Shown here piece after piece: positions 28,181 to 37,355 of a stretch of DNA of 64,000 bases. The notes under the pieces were generated by a model. The model did not search any database. It had not been told where the DNA came from and worked only from the letters and a program-made list of their open reading frames with translations. The number at the start of each line of letters is the position of its first letter. Within the stretch, counting starts at the first letter, position 1. This DNA is from Pseudomonadota bacterium (GTDB lineage Bacteria > Pseudomonadota > Alphaproteobacteria > Rhodobacterales > Rhodobacteraceae): contig JBCBAC010000010.1 of the NCBI GenBank assembly GCA_038532735.1, forward strand, positions 15,044 through 79,043, given 5' to 3'. Both the position numbers and the translations under genes were made by a program.

Positions 28181-29361
28181 CCGAGTTCACGATTGCCAGT
28201 TTTAACGTCAAGAACCTGATCGGTGCCGAGAAAGAGTATTATCGGTTCGAGGAATACACTCCGGAAGAATACGCGTGGAAAGAAGACTGGCTCGCCGATC
28301 AGCTTTTGACGCTGGATGCCGATATCGTCTGCTTTCAGGAAATCTTCGAAAAAGAGGCCTTGGACGCCGTCATTGCCGAAGCCGACCGCCGCGGGGCAGA
28401 GGCCAATGAGGCGGTGATCCCTGCTCGCACCAAACGGTATCATCGCAAGGCAATTTTTCGAAAGCTGGCGTATCGGCCCTATACTGATGCCGCCTTGACC
28501 TTTGCGCCCAATGCCAACGATGGTGATCCGGGATCGCGTCGGCCCGGCGTTGCGGTGCTGTCGCGTTTTGGCTTTGTCGGCACGCCCGAAATCATACAGG
28601 ATCTGCCAGAGCCGCTGGAGATCCCATTCAGCGATCTGGACGGCTCCGATGGCGGCTCCTATCGGATCACGCGGCTGTCGCGGCCAATTCTGAAAGTGCG
28701 CGTGCCCGTTGGCGGGCGTGTAGTGACAGTGTTCAACTGCCATCTAAAGTCAAAGCTGGGTGAATACCCGCGGGCTAACGGCGTGCCGCCAGAGGCGGAT
28801 TTGGTGAATTACGACCCGGCAGGGCGCGCACTGGGGTCGTTGCGCGCCGCGCTGCGCCGCATGGCAGAGGCCTGGGTGCTACGCGATGCGATTCTAGCGG
28901 AATTGGCTCGCGGCGCGCCAGTCATGGTGCTTGGCGATTTCAACGACGGGGAGCATGCCGTCAGCTCTGAAATCATCAGTGGGGAGCGGCCCTTCAAGAA
29001 CTACGCATGGATGCGGCGCCATGATGCGGAACGTCGCAATGATCGGTATAGTGAAGAGGAAAACCTCATCATCACAGAGGCAATCGACGCCGTGCGCCTG
29101 CACTCCGCCGAGAAGCTCTTTGTCCGTAAGTCCTTGAGAGACATGGTCTATACCGCTGCATTCGGTGGCGTTTTCGAGTCTATCGACCAGATCTTCTTAT
29201 CGCGGCATTTCCATCCTGATTTTACGGGTCGCATTGGCGAGATGGAGTATTTCAGTTGCTTTAACGACCACCTCACAGATGGCTCACACCCCGAGGCGCC
29301 GTATAATAAGCTGGCGTCCGATCATGGGCAGATCATGGCGCATATGCGGCTGCTGGACTGA
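28177..29361 (+). CDS. endonuclease/exonuclease/phosphatase (EEP) family protein, no signal peptide
   Basis: 394 aa. EEP motifs IASFNVKNL, IVCFQEI, VFNCHLKSK, VLGDFND and SDHGQI. ATGA overlap with the upstream gene. Confidence 0.8.
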   Translation: MTEFTIASFNVKNLIGAEKEYYRFEEYTPEEYAWKEDWLADQLLTLDADIVCFQEIFEKEALDAVIAEADRRGAEANEAVIPARTKRYHRKAIFRKLAYRPYTDAALTFAPNANDGDPGSRRPGVAVLSRFGFVGTPEIIQDLPEPLEIPFSDLDGSDGGSYRITRLSRPILKVRVPVGGRVVTVFNCHLKSKLGEYPRANGVPPEADLVNYDPAGRALGSLRAALRRMAEAWVLRDAILAELARGAPVMVLGDFNDGEHAVSSEIISGERPFKNYAWMRRHDAERRNDRYSEEENLIITEAIDAVRLHSAEKLFVRKSLRDMVYTAAFGGVFESIDQIFLSRHFHPDFTGRIGEMEYFSCFNDHLTDGSHPEAPYNKLASDHGQIMAHMRLLD

Positions 29362-29370
29362 GTTTGGCTC

Positions 29371-30117
29371 GTGTCGGATTTGAGTATTTTTACGCAAAAG
29401 AAGGGAAGCGGCGCGCCGGTTTTCTTTCTGCATTGTCTTGGGCTCGATCACAGAGTTTGGGACGGTGTGATCGAGCGACTGCCCGAGGGTGTGGCAGCAG
29501 GTGTCATGGATATGCGCGGTCATGGCGCGAGTGCTGTCTCGAAGGATCACTTCGGCATGGGCGCTTTGGTGGCGGACGCCGAGCGGGCGATGACGCGGTT
29601 GGGTATGCGTGATGCCGTGGTTGTGGGGCTGTCCGTTGGTGGAATGATCGCGCAGGGGCTAGCTGTGAAGCGCCTCGATCTGGTGCGCGGGGTGGTGCTC
29701 GCCAACACGGCGGCCAAGTTCGGCCAGCCCGGCCCATGGCAGGCGCGGGCCGCTGCCGTTCTGACAGATGGTATGGAGGCTGTGCGAGAAACCACGCTTG
29801 AGCGCTGGCAATGCCGCGTAGAGGGCGTCGAGGATTGGCTGATGGGCTGTGATCCGGCGGGCTATGCAGGCGTTTGCCGCGCGATTGCGGGAACGGATTT
29901 CTATACGCCCACCGGTGGTTTGCGCCTCCCCGCACTGGGCATCGCGGGGAGCAGAGATCGCTCCACCCCGCCGGATCTGGTGCGAGAGACAGTCGATCTG
30001 ATCCCCGGTTCGCGTTTTACTTTGATGAGAGAGGCCGGACACGTCTCACCATTGGATGACCCTGCCGAATTCACCGCACATCTTGTGACATTTTTGAAAG
30101 AGATCGGGCATATCTGA
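29371..30117 (+). CDS. alpha/beta-fold hydrolase (3-oxoadipate enol-lactonase-like)
   Basis: 248 aa, GTG start. Nucleophile elbow GLSVGG and C-terminal GHVSPLDDP. Confidence 0.85.
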   Translation: MSDLSIFTQKKGSGAPVFFLHCLGLDHRVWDGVIERLPEGVAAGVMDMRGHGASAVSKDHFGMGALVADAERAMTRLGMRDAVVVGLSVGGMIAQGLAVKRLDLVRGVVLANTAAKFGQPGPWQARAAAVLTDGMEAVRETTLERWQCRVEGVEDWLMGCDPAGYAGVCRAIAGTDFYTPTGGLRLPALGIAGSRDRSTPPDLVRETVDLIPGSRFTLMREAGHVSPLDDPAEFTAHLVTFLKEIGHI

Positions 30118-30172
30118 ACCGTTTGGTTTGATACGGGTTTTCCGGTCGCGCTACGGCGCATAGGCTCGCGTA

Positions 30173-31393
30173 ATGACAACCAAGGCCCCCTCTCACCGTA
30201 TGCCGTTTATCTTCATCCTCATCACCTTGGTGCTGGATGCGATGGGGATCGGGCTGATTCTGCCGGTGATGCCAGACCTGATCCGTAACGTGAACGGCGG
30301 CACGCTAGGCGAGGCCGCGGTTTGGGGCGGGGTGCTGGCGACGACGTTTGCTGTAATGCAGTTCTTGTTCGGGCCAACGCTGGGGTCGCTCTCGGACCGT
30401 TTCGGGCGCAGGCCGGTGCTGTTGATCTCTCTCGCTGTGATGGCAGTCGACTATCTGGTCATGGCGGTCGCAGGCACGATCTGGCTGCTGTTTTTGACCC
30501 GTGTCGTGGGCGGGGTCACAGCCGCGACGCAGTCAACGGCGGGCGCGTTCATCGCGGACATCTCAACGCCGGAGAAAAAAGCACAAAACTTCGGGCTGAT
30601 CGGCGCTGCCTTCGGGATGGGTTTTATCTTCGGGCCGATGATCGGCGGGCTTCTGGCGGAGTTCGGCCACCGCGCGCCGTTCTACGCAGCAGCGGGGCTT
30701 GCCACAGCCAACCTGATCTTTGGCTATTTCGTCATGCCGGAGACAGTCACAGACCGCATCCGCCGCCCGTTCGACTGGCGGCGCGCCAACCCCTTCGGCG
30801 CATTTCGCGCCTTGGGCCAGTTGCCCGGGGTCGCCCGGTTGCTGCTGTTGGTCTTCCTCTATGAATTCGCCTTCATCGTTTACCCTGCCACCTGGGCCTT
30901 CTTCACGCAGGAGCGTTTTGGTTGGTCGCCCGCGATGGTCGGGCTGTCGCTGGCCTCTTTCGGGGTGTCGATGGCAATTGTGCAGGGCGGGCTTATCCGC
31001 TGGATCATCCCGACATTGGGCGACCGCAACACTGTGGTTTACGGCTTCCTCTTCAACTTCTGTGCCTTCACGGTGCTTATGCTACTCTCCAGCGGCTGGG
31101 TAGCTTTGGCATTTACGCCGATCACCGCTTTGGGCGCGGTTGTGACCCCCGCCGTCCAAGGCATGATGAGCCGCATTGCGCGCGACGATCAGCAAGGGGA
31201 ATTGCAGGGTGTCATCGCCTCCAGCAAAGCGGTGGCAATGATCTTGTCACCCCTCGTCATGACACAAGTGTTCTGGGTATTCACAAGCGGCGACGGGCTC
31301 TATCTGCCGGGCGCGCCATTCGGCTTGGCTGCCGCTCTGATGCTGATCTGTTTCGCCGTTTTCGTCATGGGACCACGCCGCGTGATGGCCTGA
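30173..31393 (+). CDS. MFS efflux transporter (TetA/TCR-like)
   Basis: 406 aa. N-terminus MPFIFILITLVLDAMGIGLILPVMPDL and motif A GSLSDRFGRRPV. 12 TM helices. Confidence 0.9.
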   Translation: MTTKAPSHRMPFIFILITLVLDAMGIGLILPVMPDLIRNVNGGTLGEAAVWGGVLATTFAVMQFLFGPTLGSLSDRFGRRPVLLISLAVMAVDYLVMAVAGTIWLLFLTRVVGGVTAATQSTAGAFIADISTPEKKAQNFGLIGAAFGMGFIFGPMIGGLLAEFGHRAPFYAAAGLATANLIFGYFVMPETVTDRIRRPFDWRRANPFGAFRALGQLPGVARLLLLVFLYEFAFIVYPATWAFFTQERFGWSPAMVGLSLASFGVSMAIVQGGLIRWIIPTLGDRNTVVYGFLFNFCAFTVLMLLSSGWVALAFTPITALGAVVTPAVQGMMSRIARDDQQGELQGVIASSKAVAMILSPLVMTQVFWVFTSGDGLYLPGAPFGLAAALMLICFAVFVMGPRRVMA

Positions 31394-31462
31394 TCCCGTC
31401 GCGTTTTGGCTTGCGCCGATCCAGTGGCTCGGCAACGGTGAGGGATGATTTGGGAGAGATCC

Positions 31463-32542
31463 ATGACAACAATCAAAGCCGCTGTCTGCCATGAGTTTGG
31501 CGCACCGCTAGCCATCGAAGACGTTGCCTTGCGCGCCCCCCTTGGTGGGGAGGTTGAGGTCAAACTTGATGCGGTGGCGATCTGCCATTCCGACATCTCT
31601 TTTGCCGAAGGCGCGTGGGGAGGGTCACTGCCAGCAGTTTACGGACATGAAGCAGCGGGCGTCGTCACAGCAGTAGGCGACGGCGTGGCTGTTCCCGTCG
31701 GGGCGTCTGTCGTTGTCACCTTGATCCGCGCATGTGGCACCTGCGCCAATTGCGCGACGGGCCAACCGACGATTTGCGCAACGCCCTATGACGGCGATCA
31801 GGGGCCTTTGAAAACGACAGACGGCTGCAAGCTGCATCAAGCGATGGCTTGCGGCGCGTTTGCCGAAAAGGTCGTCGTCGATCAAAGCCAGGTCGTTGTA
31901 ATCCCCGACGCGTTGCCGAAGGACGCAGCTGCGCTGATCTCTTGCGGGGTGATCACAGGCGTCGGCGCTGTGGTGAATGCGGCCAAGCTGCGCGCCGGGC
32001 AGGATGTGGTCGTGATTGGCGCAGGCGGGGTCGGGTTGAACGCCATTCAAGGCGCGCGCATCGCCGGTGCGCGCCGGATCGTTGCGGTTGATATGTCGGA
32101 CGAAAAGCTCGCCATGGCGCGGGAGTTTGGCGCGACAGACGGTGTTTTGGCTACCGAGCCAAAACCATGGAAAGCGGCGTTCAAGGCAATGTGTCGCGGG
32201 GCCGATGCGGTGATCGTAACGGTCGGGGCGATCCCTGCCTATGACACGGCGCCCCGTTATCTGGCCGCAGGCGGGAAGGTCGTGATGGTCGGCATGCCCC
32301 ATAGCGGGCAGGCCTCGACTTACGAGCCAGTGATCCTGGCTGCGACCGGGCAAGGCATGGTCGGTTCTAAAATGGGAGACGTGGTCATTCAGCGGGATAT
32401 CCCCTGGATGGTCGATCTCTACCAGCAAGGCAGGTTGAAGCTTGATGAGTTGATCTCCGGTCGCTGGTCGCTGGATCAGATCAATGAGGCGATTGCAGAT
32501 ACCAAAGGCGGGGCCGCCAAGCGTAACGTAATCCTGTTCTGA
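31463..32542 (+). CDS. zinc-dependent alcohol dehydrogenase family
   Basis: ORF trimmed to ATG 31463 (GGGAGA RBS). CHSD and GHEAAGVV zinc motifs, GAGGVGLNA Rossmann motif. Confidence 0.9.
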   Translation: MTTIKAAVCHEFGAPLAIEDVALRAPLGGEVEVKLDAVAICHSDISFAEGAWGGSLPAVYGHEAAGVVTAVGDGVAVPVGASVVVTLIRACGTCANCATGQPTICATPYDGDQGPLKTTDGCKLHQAMACGAFAEKVVVDQSQVVVIPDALPKDAAALISCGVITGVGAVVNAAKLRAGQDVVVIGAGGVGLNAIQGARIAGARRIVAVDMSDEKLAMAREFGATDGVLATEPKPWKAAFKAMCRGADAVIVTVGAIPAYDTAPRYLAAGGKVVMVGMPHSGQASTYEPVILAATGQGMVGSKMGDVVIQRDIPWMVDLYQQGRLKLDELISGRWSLDQINEAIADTKGGAAKRNVILF

Positions 32543-33756
32543 TGCGGCTTCAGAACCTTCAGATATTCACTGCTGCACCGCCGGCGCCGGGCTGGGGCGG
32601 GCGCTACTGGATTTTCGTCAAGCTCACGACCGCCTGCGGGATCGAAGGCGTGGGGGAGTGCTACGCTTCTTCCGTCGGCCCCAAGGCGATGGAGGCCGTG
32701 ATCGAGGATGTATTCACCCGCCATATGGAGAGCGAAAACCCCGAAAATATCGAGCTGATGTTCCGCCGCGCTTATTCCGCGGGGTTTACACAGCGCCCTG
32801 ATCTGACGGTCATGGGCGCGTTTTCAGGGCTTGAGATCGCATGCTGGGATATCCTTGGCAAAGCGCGGGAGCGGCCAGTTTATGCGCTGCTAGGCGGCGC
32901 AGTGACGCCGCACATGCGGTGCTATACGTATCTTTATCCCCTTCCGCAGCATGATCCCGCGGCCTTCTGGACCTCTCCCGATATGGCGGCGGAGGCGGCT
33001 TTGGACGCCGTTGATCGCGGCTACACGGCGATCAAGTTTGACCCGGCGGGCCCCTACACGATCTTCGCAGGCCATCAGCCCGCAATGAGCGATATCACAC
33101 GCTCTGCCGCGTTCTGCAAAGCGATCCGAGAGGCTGTCAGCGATCGCGCGGACCTGCTCTTTGGCACCCATGGTCAGTTCTCCACAGGCGGGGCGATCCG
33201 CTTGGCGAAAGCGTTAGAACCTTATGCGCCGCTCTGGTTCGAAGAGCCGATTCCGCCCGATAACGTCGCGCAGATGGCGCGTGTCGCCGGGGCAACGTCG
33301 ATCCCCGTGGCAACCGGGGAGCGGCTGACGACAAAAGCCGAATTCGCGCCCGTGTTGCGCCAAGGCGCCGCGACGATCCTGCAACCGGCTTTGGGGCGCG
33401 TGGGCGGTATCTGGGAAGCCAAGAAGATCGCGGCCATGGCCGAGGTTTATAACGCGCAAATGGCGCCGCATCTTTACGCAGGCCCCGTAGAATGGGCAGC
33501 GAATCTGCATTTTGGGACCTCGATCCCAAATCTGCTCATAGCCGAAACGATTGAAACCGATTTCCACGACCGCCTGATCGGCGGGTCAATTCGGGTCGAG
33601 GATGGGTTCGTGGAGCTCTCAGACGCCCCGGGCCTTGGCATCACGCTGGACGAGGACCTCGCCCGCGCGCATCCGTATGAAGGCGACAAGCTGCATCTGG
33701 AGATGCAAGACACAGCCTGCGATTACCAGAACGGCAACGATTTTCAGGGCGGTTAA
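32542..33756 (+). CDS. enolase-superfamily enzyme (mandelate racemase/muconate lactonizing; acid-sugar dehydratase-like)
   Basis: 404 aa. TGATG coupling to the ADH gene. Motifs IKFDP, LWFEEP and TGER are typical of MR/MLE members. Confidence 0.88.
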   Translation: MRLQNLQIFTAAPPAPGWGGRYWIFVKLTTACGIEGVGECYASSVGPKAMEAVIEDVFTRHMESENPENIELMFRRAYSAGFTQRPDLTVMGAFSGLEIACWDILGKARERPVYALLGGAVTPHMRCYTYLYPLPQHDPAAFWTSPDMAAEAALDAVDRGYTAIKFDPAGPYTIFAGHQPAMSDITRSAAFCKAIREAVSDRADLLFGTHGQFSTGGAIRLAKALEPYAPLWFEEPIPPDNVAQMARVAGATSIPVATGERLTTKAEFAPVLRQGAATILQPALGRVGGIWEAKKIAAMAEVYNAQMAPHLYAGPVEWAANLHFGTSIPNLLIAETIETDFHDRLIGGSIRVEDGFVELSDAPGLGITLDEDLARAHPYEGDKLHLEMQDTACDYQNGNDFQGG

Positions 33757-34367
33757 TGGCGAAGCCAGCCGTGCCTCTCGGCAATCACAAGAGCTGTCGC
33801 GAAAAGCACGCAACCGCACAGAACTGCTTTTGACATCACGCCCATAGTGCCTTCGATCAGCACAGCATGCAGCACGCTGCCTGATACCGTGATGACTGCG
33901 AGCGCCATATGGGCCCCGCGCCAAATGTGGAACGGAAGCCGTTTTCGAAATGCGGCCAGTGCGGCGGCCGCGAAGATCGCCCACATCGCAAGCACACCCC
34001 ACACGGCAAATGGCGTGGGCGACACGAAGAGGAGCGCGTCGATCACATCAGGTGGGCTGGTGATCCAGAGCGCCCCGACATGGGCCAGAACCGCAACCAC
34101 CAGCCCGCCCCCGACCCACCGGTGCAAATAACGACTTCGGACGGCTGAAATTCCGGCAAGGCGCCCACCTGCGAGCAGCGGTTGGATCAGCAAAAGCGCC
34201 AGTGCAAGAACACCCGCAAAGCCGCCGGTGACGTAGATCGGATCACGCCACTGCAAAAGCGGGCTGGTCGCTGCAACATAGAATGCAGCCGCGATAGACA
34301 GCACGGCGAGGCCAAGAAGGGCTTTGTTCTGAGCAGCTTTCCGGTTGTGGCGTGTTGAGACGGTCAA
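33753..34367 (-). CDS. ferric-reductase-like transmembrane (di-heme b, MsrQ/YedZ-like) protein
   Basis: 204 aa, TTG start overlapping the upstream stop (TTGA). Six hydrophobic helices. Four conserved-looking His residues (LHRW, AHVGALW, GAHMAL, LHAVL) are suitably spaced for two hemes. Confidence 0.7.
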   Translation of the reverse strand: MTVSTRHNRKAAQNKALLGLAVLSIAAAFYVAATSPLLQWRDPIYVTGGFAGVLALALLLIQPLLAGGRLAGISAVRSRYLHRWVGGGLVVAVLAHVGALWITSPPDVIDALLFVSPTPFAVWGVLAMWAIFAAAALAAFRKRLPFHIWRGAHMALAVITVSGSVLHAVLIEGTMGVMSKAVLCGCVLFATALVIAERHGWLRH

Positions 34368-34852
34368 ACCGGCTCAAGCACGAAATCAACAGCTAGGCTG
34401 GTGTCGCTCGCACTTGGCATGATCGGGCGCAGGAAGACGGTCCTGAACTCCGCGTCATCATCATAAGCCAGATGCCCATGAGGCTGGCCAAAGGCTGGCA
34501 CGATCTGCGGCATCTCAAGCCGAAACACGCCATCAGCATCTGTCAGTGTGGCCCCATGGCTGTGAGCATCCCGCTCATGCCCTTCGGTCGTATGCGCCCA
34601 GATCTGGATACGGCGGTTGGGCAACGGTGCGCCATCTCCAGCGCGGCGCACGGTGCCTGACATCCAGAACCCCCCACCGCCAATCCGTTCAACGATGGGC
34701 GCGCCAGGGCGATAATTGTTGGCCCCACCGCGCATCGTCGGAGTTGGTGCGAGACCAGCGGCACGTGCCGGGACAAGCAGCCCCGACGTTGCGGTGAGTA
34801 GCGCGGCACTGGCCGTGGTCAGAACAGTTCGGCGCGTTGTTTTAGGCTGCAT
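34364..34852 (-). CDS. Tat-exported dioxygenase-like (intradiol dioxygenase C-domain-like beta-sandwich) protein
   Basis: ORF trimmed to ATG 34852 (MQPKTTRRTVLTTASAALLTATSGLLVPARA twin-arginine leader). The mature part has YRPGAP...GTV...IQIWAHT...DADGVFRL, recalling Dioxygenase_C-type domains. The family call is tentative. Confidence 0.6.
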   Translation of the reverse strand: MQPKTTRRTVLTTASAALLTATSGLLVPARAAGLAPTPTMRGGANNYRPGAPIVERIGGGGFWMSGTVRRAGDGAPLPNRRIQIWAHTTEGHERDAHSHGATLTDADGVFRLEMPQIVPAFGQPHGHLAYDDDAEFRTVFLRPIMPSASDTSLAVDFVLEPV

Positions 34853-35004
34853 GAGGCGATCTCCCTTACGGTCGGTTCCTCTCAAACACATAGCGACACC
34901 AAACGCGTTTCCGAAGGGATCGGCATAGTTCCGCATGGACAAACGGCTCACAGCTGCGTGAGTTGCTGCCAAAGCATGCAGATGAACCATCAATCAGTAA
35001 GAAG

Positions 35005-35081
35005 TGGTAGCGGAGGAGGGACTTGAACCCCCGACACGCGGATTATGATTCCGCTGCTCTAACCACCTGAGCTACTCCGCC
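35005..35081 (-). tRNA. tRNA with anticodon CAT (elongator Met, or Ile2 if lysidine-modified)
   Basis: A 77-nt cloverleaf folded by hand: GGCGGAG TA GCTC AGGTGGTTA GAGC A GCGGA ATCATAA TCCGC GTGTC GGGGG TTCAAGT CCCTC CTCCGCT A CCA. Encoded CCA and a G1-U72 wobble. It lacks the initiator hallmarks. Confidence 0.9.
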
Positions 35082-35143
35082 ACTGAGGCGCTGACCTAAA
35101 ACCAGCGCGCGGCCCCGTCAAGAGCTGTTTCGCAGCTTTTGCA

Positions 35144-35258
35144 ATCTTGGCTTTGGTGACAGCGGCTCGATGCCTCCGGCGGGAGTTTTGTCACCAAGAT
35201 GAAAGGGGCGCGTTAACCTCAGCGCAGGATGAATGGCTTCTTTTGTCCCAAAATACCT
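35144..35258. repeat. composite palindromic intergenic element (copy C)
   Basis: Contains CCTCCGGCGGGAG (35173-35185), the arm GGGAGTTTTGTCACCAAGATGAAAGG (35181-35206), a partial core GCGCGTTAACC (35208-35218) and the arm CTTCTTTTGTCCCAAAATACCT (35237-35258). It lies between the hemC stop and the tRNA. Confidence 0.6.
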
Positions 35259-35264
35259 GAATGC

Positions 35265-36212
35265 TCAGGCCACCCACGAGAAGAAGTCCTGAGGGGCGCG
35301 CGACCGCAGGGTCTGGGCCAACTCCGTGCCCAGCGCCGCACCATCTTCAATCGGGGCATCTCCCTGATCTGCGATGACTTCAGACCCATCGGTGCGCAGG
35401 ATTTCGCCCCGCAGTTTGATCGTGCCGCCATCCAGTTCCGCAAGACCACCAATCGGTGTTTCGCACGAGCCATCAAGCGCTGCCAGAAATGCACGCTCTG
35501 CCGCCAATCGCTGGCCGGTCTTCGTATCGTGGATCGCTTCAAGCATCTCGGCGACGCGGCTATCATCGACGCGACGTTCGATCCCAATGGCCCCTTGCGC
35601 AACGGCTGGCAGCATCTCTTCGGGTTCAATCGCTGTACGCGGCACCTCCTTCATATGGAGCCGATTGAGGCCAGCCATGGCAAGAAATGTCGCCTCGGCC
35701 ACCTTGTTTTCAAGCTTCATCAAGCGGGTCTGGACGTTGCCGCGGAATTCGACGATCTGCAAATCAGGGCGATAGTTCAAAAGCTGGGCTTTACGGCGCA
35801 GGCTGGACGTACCAACGACTGCGCCTTCGGCCAGATCACTTAGTTTGCCACCATCAAGCGACACAAAGGCGTCGCGCACATCCTCGCGCGGTAGGTAGGT
35901 ATCCAGCACCAAGCCATCGGGCTGCGCGACGGGCATGTCTTTCATCGAATGCACGGCAATGTCGATCTTGCCCGACAGCATGTCGTCTTCAATCTCGCGG
36001 GTGAATAGGCCCTTGCCGCCAATTTCTTTCAGCGGGCGATCCAGCATTTTGTCTCCGGTTGTTTTGATGACGACGATGGTGAATGCCTCAAACGGCAGAT
36101 CGAATGCCTCAGACAAACGCGCCCGCGTCTCATGCGCCTGCGCCAAAGCCAAGGGCGAGCCGCGGGTGCCGATATTCAGGGGTGAAGCGGGGGACGGAAG
36201 TGTGATAGCCAT
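35265..36212 (-). CDS. hemC: hydroxymethylbilane synthase (porphobilinogen deaminase)
   Basis: 315 aa. GTRGSPLALAQA N-terminus and dipyrromethane-cofactor Cys region LDGSCETPIG. Confidence 0.95.
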   Translation of the reverse strand: MAITLPSPASPLNIGTRGSPLALAQAHETRARLSEAFDLPFEAFTIVVIKTTGDKMLDRPLKEIGGKGLFTREIEDDMLSGKIDIAVHSMKDMPVAQPDGLVLDTYLPREDVRDAFVSLDGGKLSDLAEGAVVGTSSLRRKAQLLNYRPDLQIVEFRGNVQTRLMKLENKVAEATFLAMAGLNRLHMKEVPRTAIEPEEMLPAVAQGAIGIERRVDDSRVAEMLEAIHDTKTGQRLAAERAFLAALDGSCETPIGGLAELDGGTIKLRGEILRTDGSEVIADQGDAPIEDGAALGTELAQTLRSRAPQDFFSWVA

Positions 36213-36293
36213 GGGATATTCCTAGTTGTGTCAACTTAACTTGACAACCTTGTTTGTCCGGTCAACATGACGGCAACAATTAGGTGGTGACAC

Positions 36294-37355
36294 ATGACTT
36301 ACGAAAGACCTGTTATGGCGCAAACAAAAAAGCTGCTGCGCGCTCTGGATGGAGAGCGGCTTGATGTCCCACCCATCTGGATGATGCGGCAGGCAGGGCG
36401 GTATTTGCCCGAATACAAAGCCACCCGCGCACAGGCAGGCGATTTCCTGTCGCTCTGCTATAACCCTGATTTAGCAGCAGAAGTGACGCTTCAACCGATC
36501 CGGCGCTTCGGGTTTGATGCCGCGATCCTGTTTGCGGATATCCTTTTGGTGCCGCAGGCCCTGGGCGCTGATCTTTGGTTTGTCACGGGCGAAGGCCCGC
36601 GCTTGTCGACAATCACGTCAGCCGATGACTTCGCGAAACTGAAGCCCGTTTCCGACATTCACGAGACCCTCTCGCCCGTCTATGAAACGGTACGCATTTT
36701 GTCGCGGGAATTGCCAAAAGAGACAACGCTGATCGGTTTTGCAGGTGCCCCGTGGACAGTGGCAACTTACATGATCGCAGGCCGTGGCACACCCGATCAG
36801 GGCCCTGCCCATGCGCTGCGCGAAGAAGACACCGCCACGTTTGAGGCATTGCTGGACCGGATCACCGAGGCCACGATCGAGTATCTGTCTATGCAGATCG
36901 ATGCGGGCGCCGAGGTCGTGAAGATCTTCGATAGCTGGGCAGGGTCACTGAAAGGCGACGCATTCCGCAAATATGCGCTGGAGCCTGCCAAGAAGATCAC
37001 CACCGCGCTCAAGGCGCGTCACCCCGGCATCCCCGTAATTGCCTTCCCGCGGGAGGCTGGTGAGAATTACATCGGTTTCGCCAAAGAGGTTGGCGCAGAT
37101 TGTCTGGCGCTCGACAATTCGGTGGATGCCGATTGGGCCGCCAAGCATCTGCAGATTGATGGCTGTGTGCAGGGCAATCTTGCACCCGGTCATATGGTCA
37201 CCGGCGGCAAGGCCCTGATCGAAGAGACGCGGCGGATTGTCAAAGCGTTCTCAAATGGGCCGCATATCTTCAACCTGGGTCATGGCATCACCCCGGATGC
37301 AGACCCGGCCAACGTGCAGCTGATGATCGACACCGTGCGTGAGAACGCGTCGTAA
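36294..37355 (+). CDS. hemE: uroporphyrinogen decarboxylase
   Basis: 353 aa. [15 protein letters not shown] signature. AGGTGGTGA RBS before ATG 36294. Confidence 0.95.
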   Translation: MTYERPVMAQTKKLLRALDGERLDVPPIWMMRQAGRYLPEYKATRAQAGDFLSLCYNPDLAAEVTLQPIRRFGFDAAILFADILLVPQALGADLWFVTGEGPRLSTITSADDFAKLKPVSDIHETLSPVYETVRILSRELPKETTLIGFAGAPWTVATYMIAGRGTPDQGPAHALREEDTATFEALLDRITEATIEYLSMQIDAGAEVVKIFDSWAGSLKGDAFRKYALEPAKKITTALKARHPGIPVIAFPREAGENYIGFAKEVGADCLALDNSVDADWAAKHLQIDGCVQGNLAPGHMVTGGKALIEETRRIVKAFSNGPHIFNLGHGITPDADPANVQLMIDTVRENAS

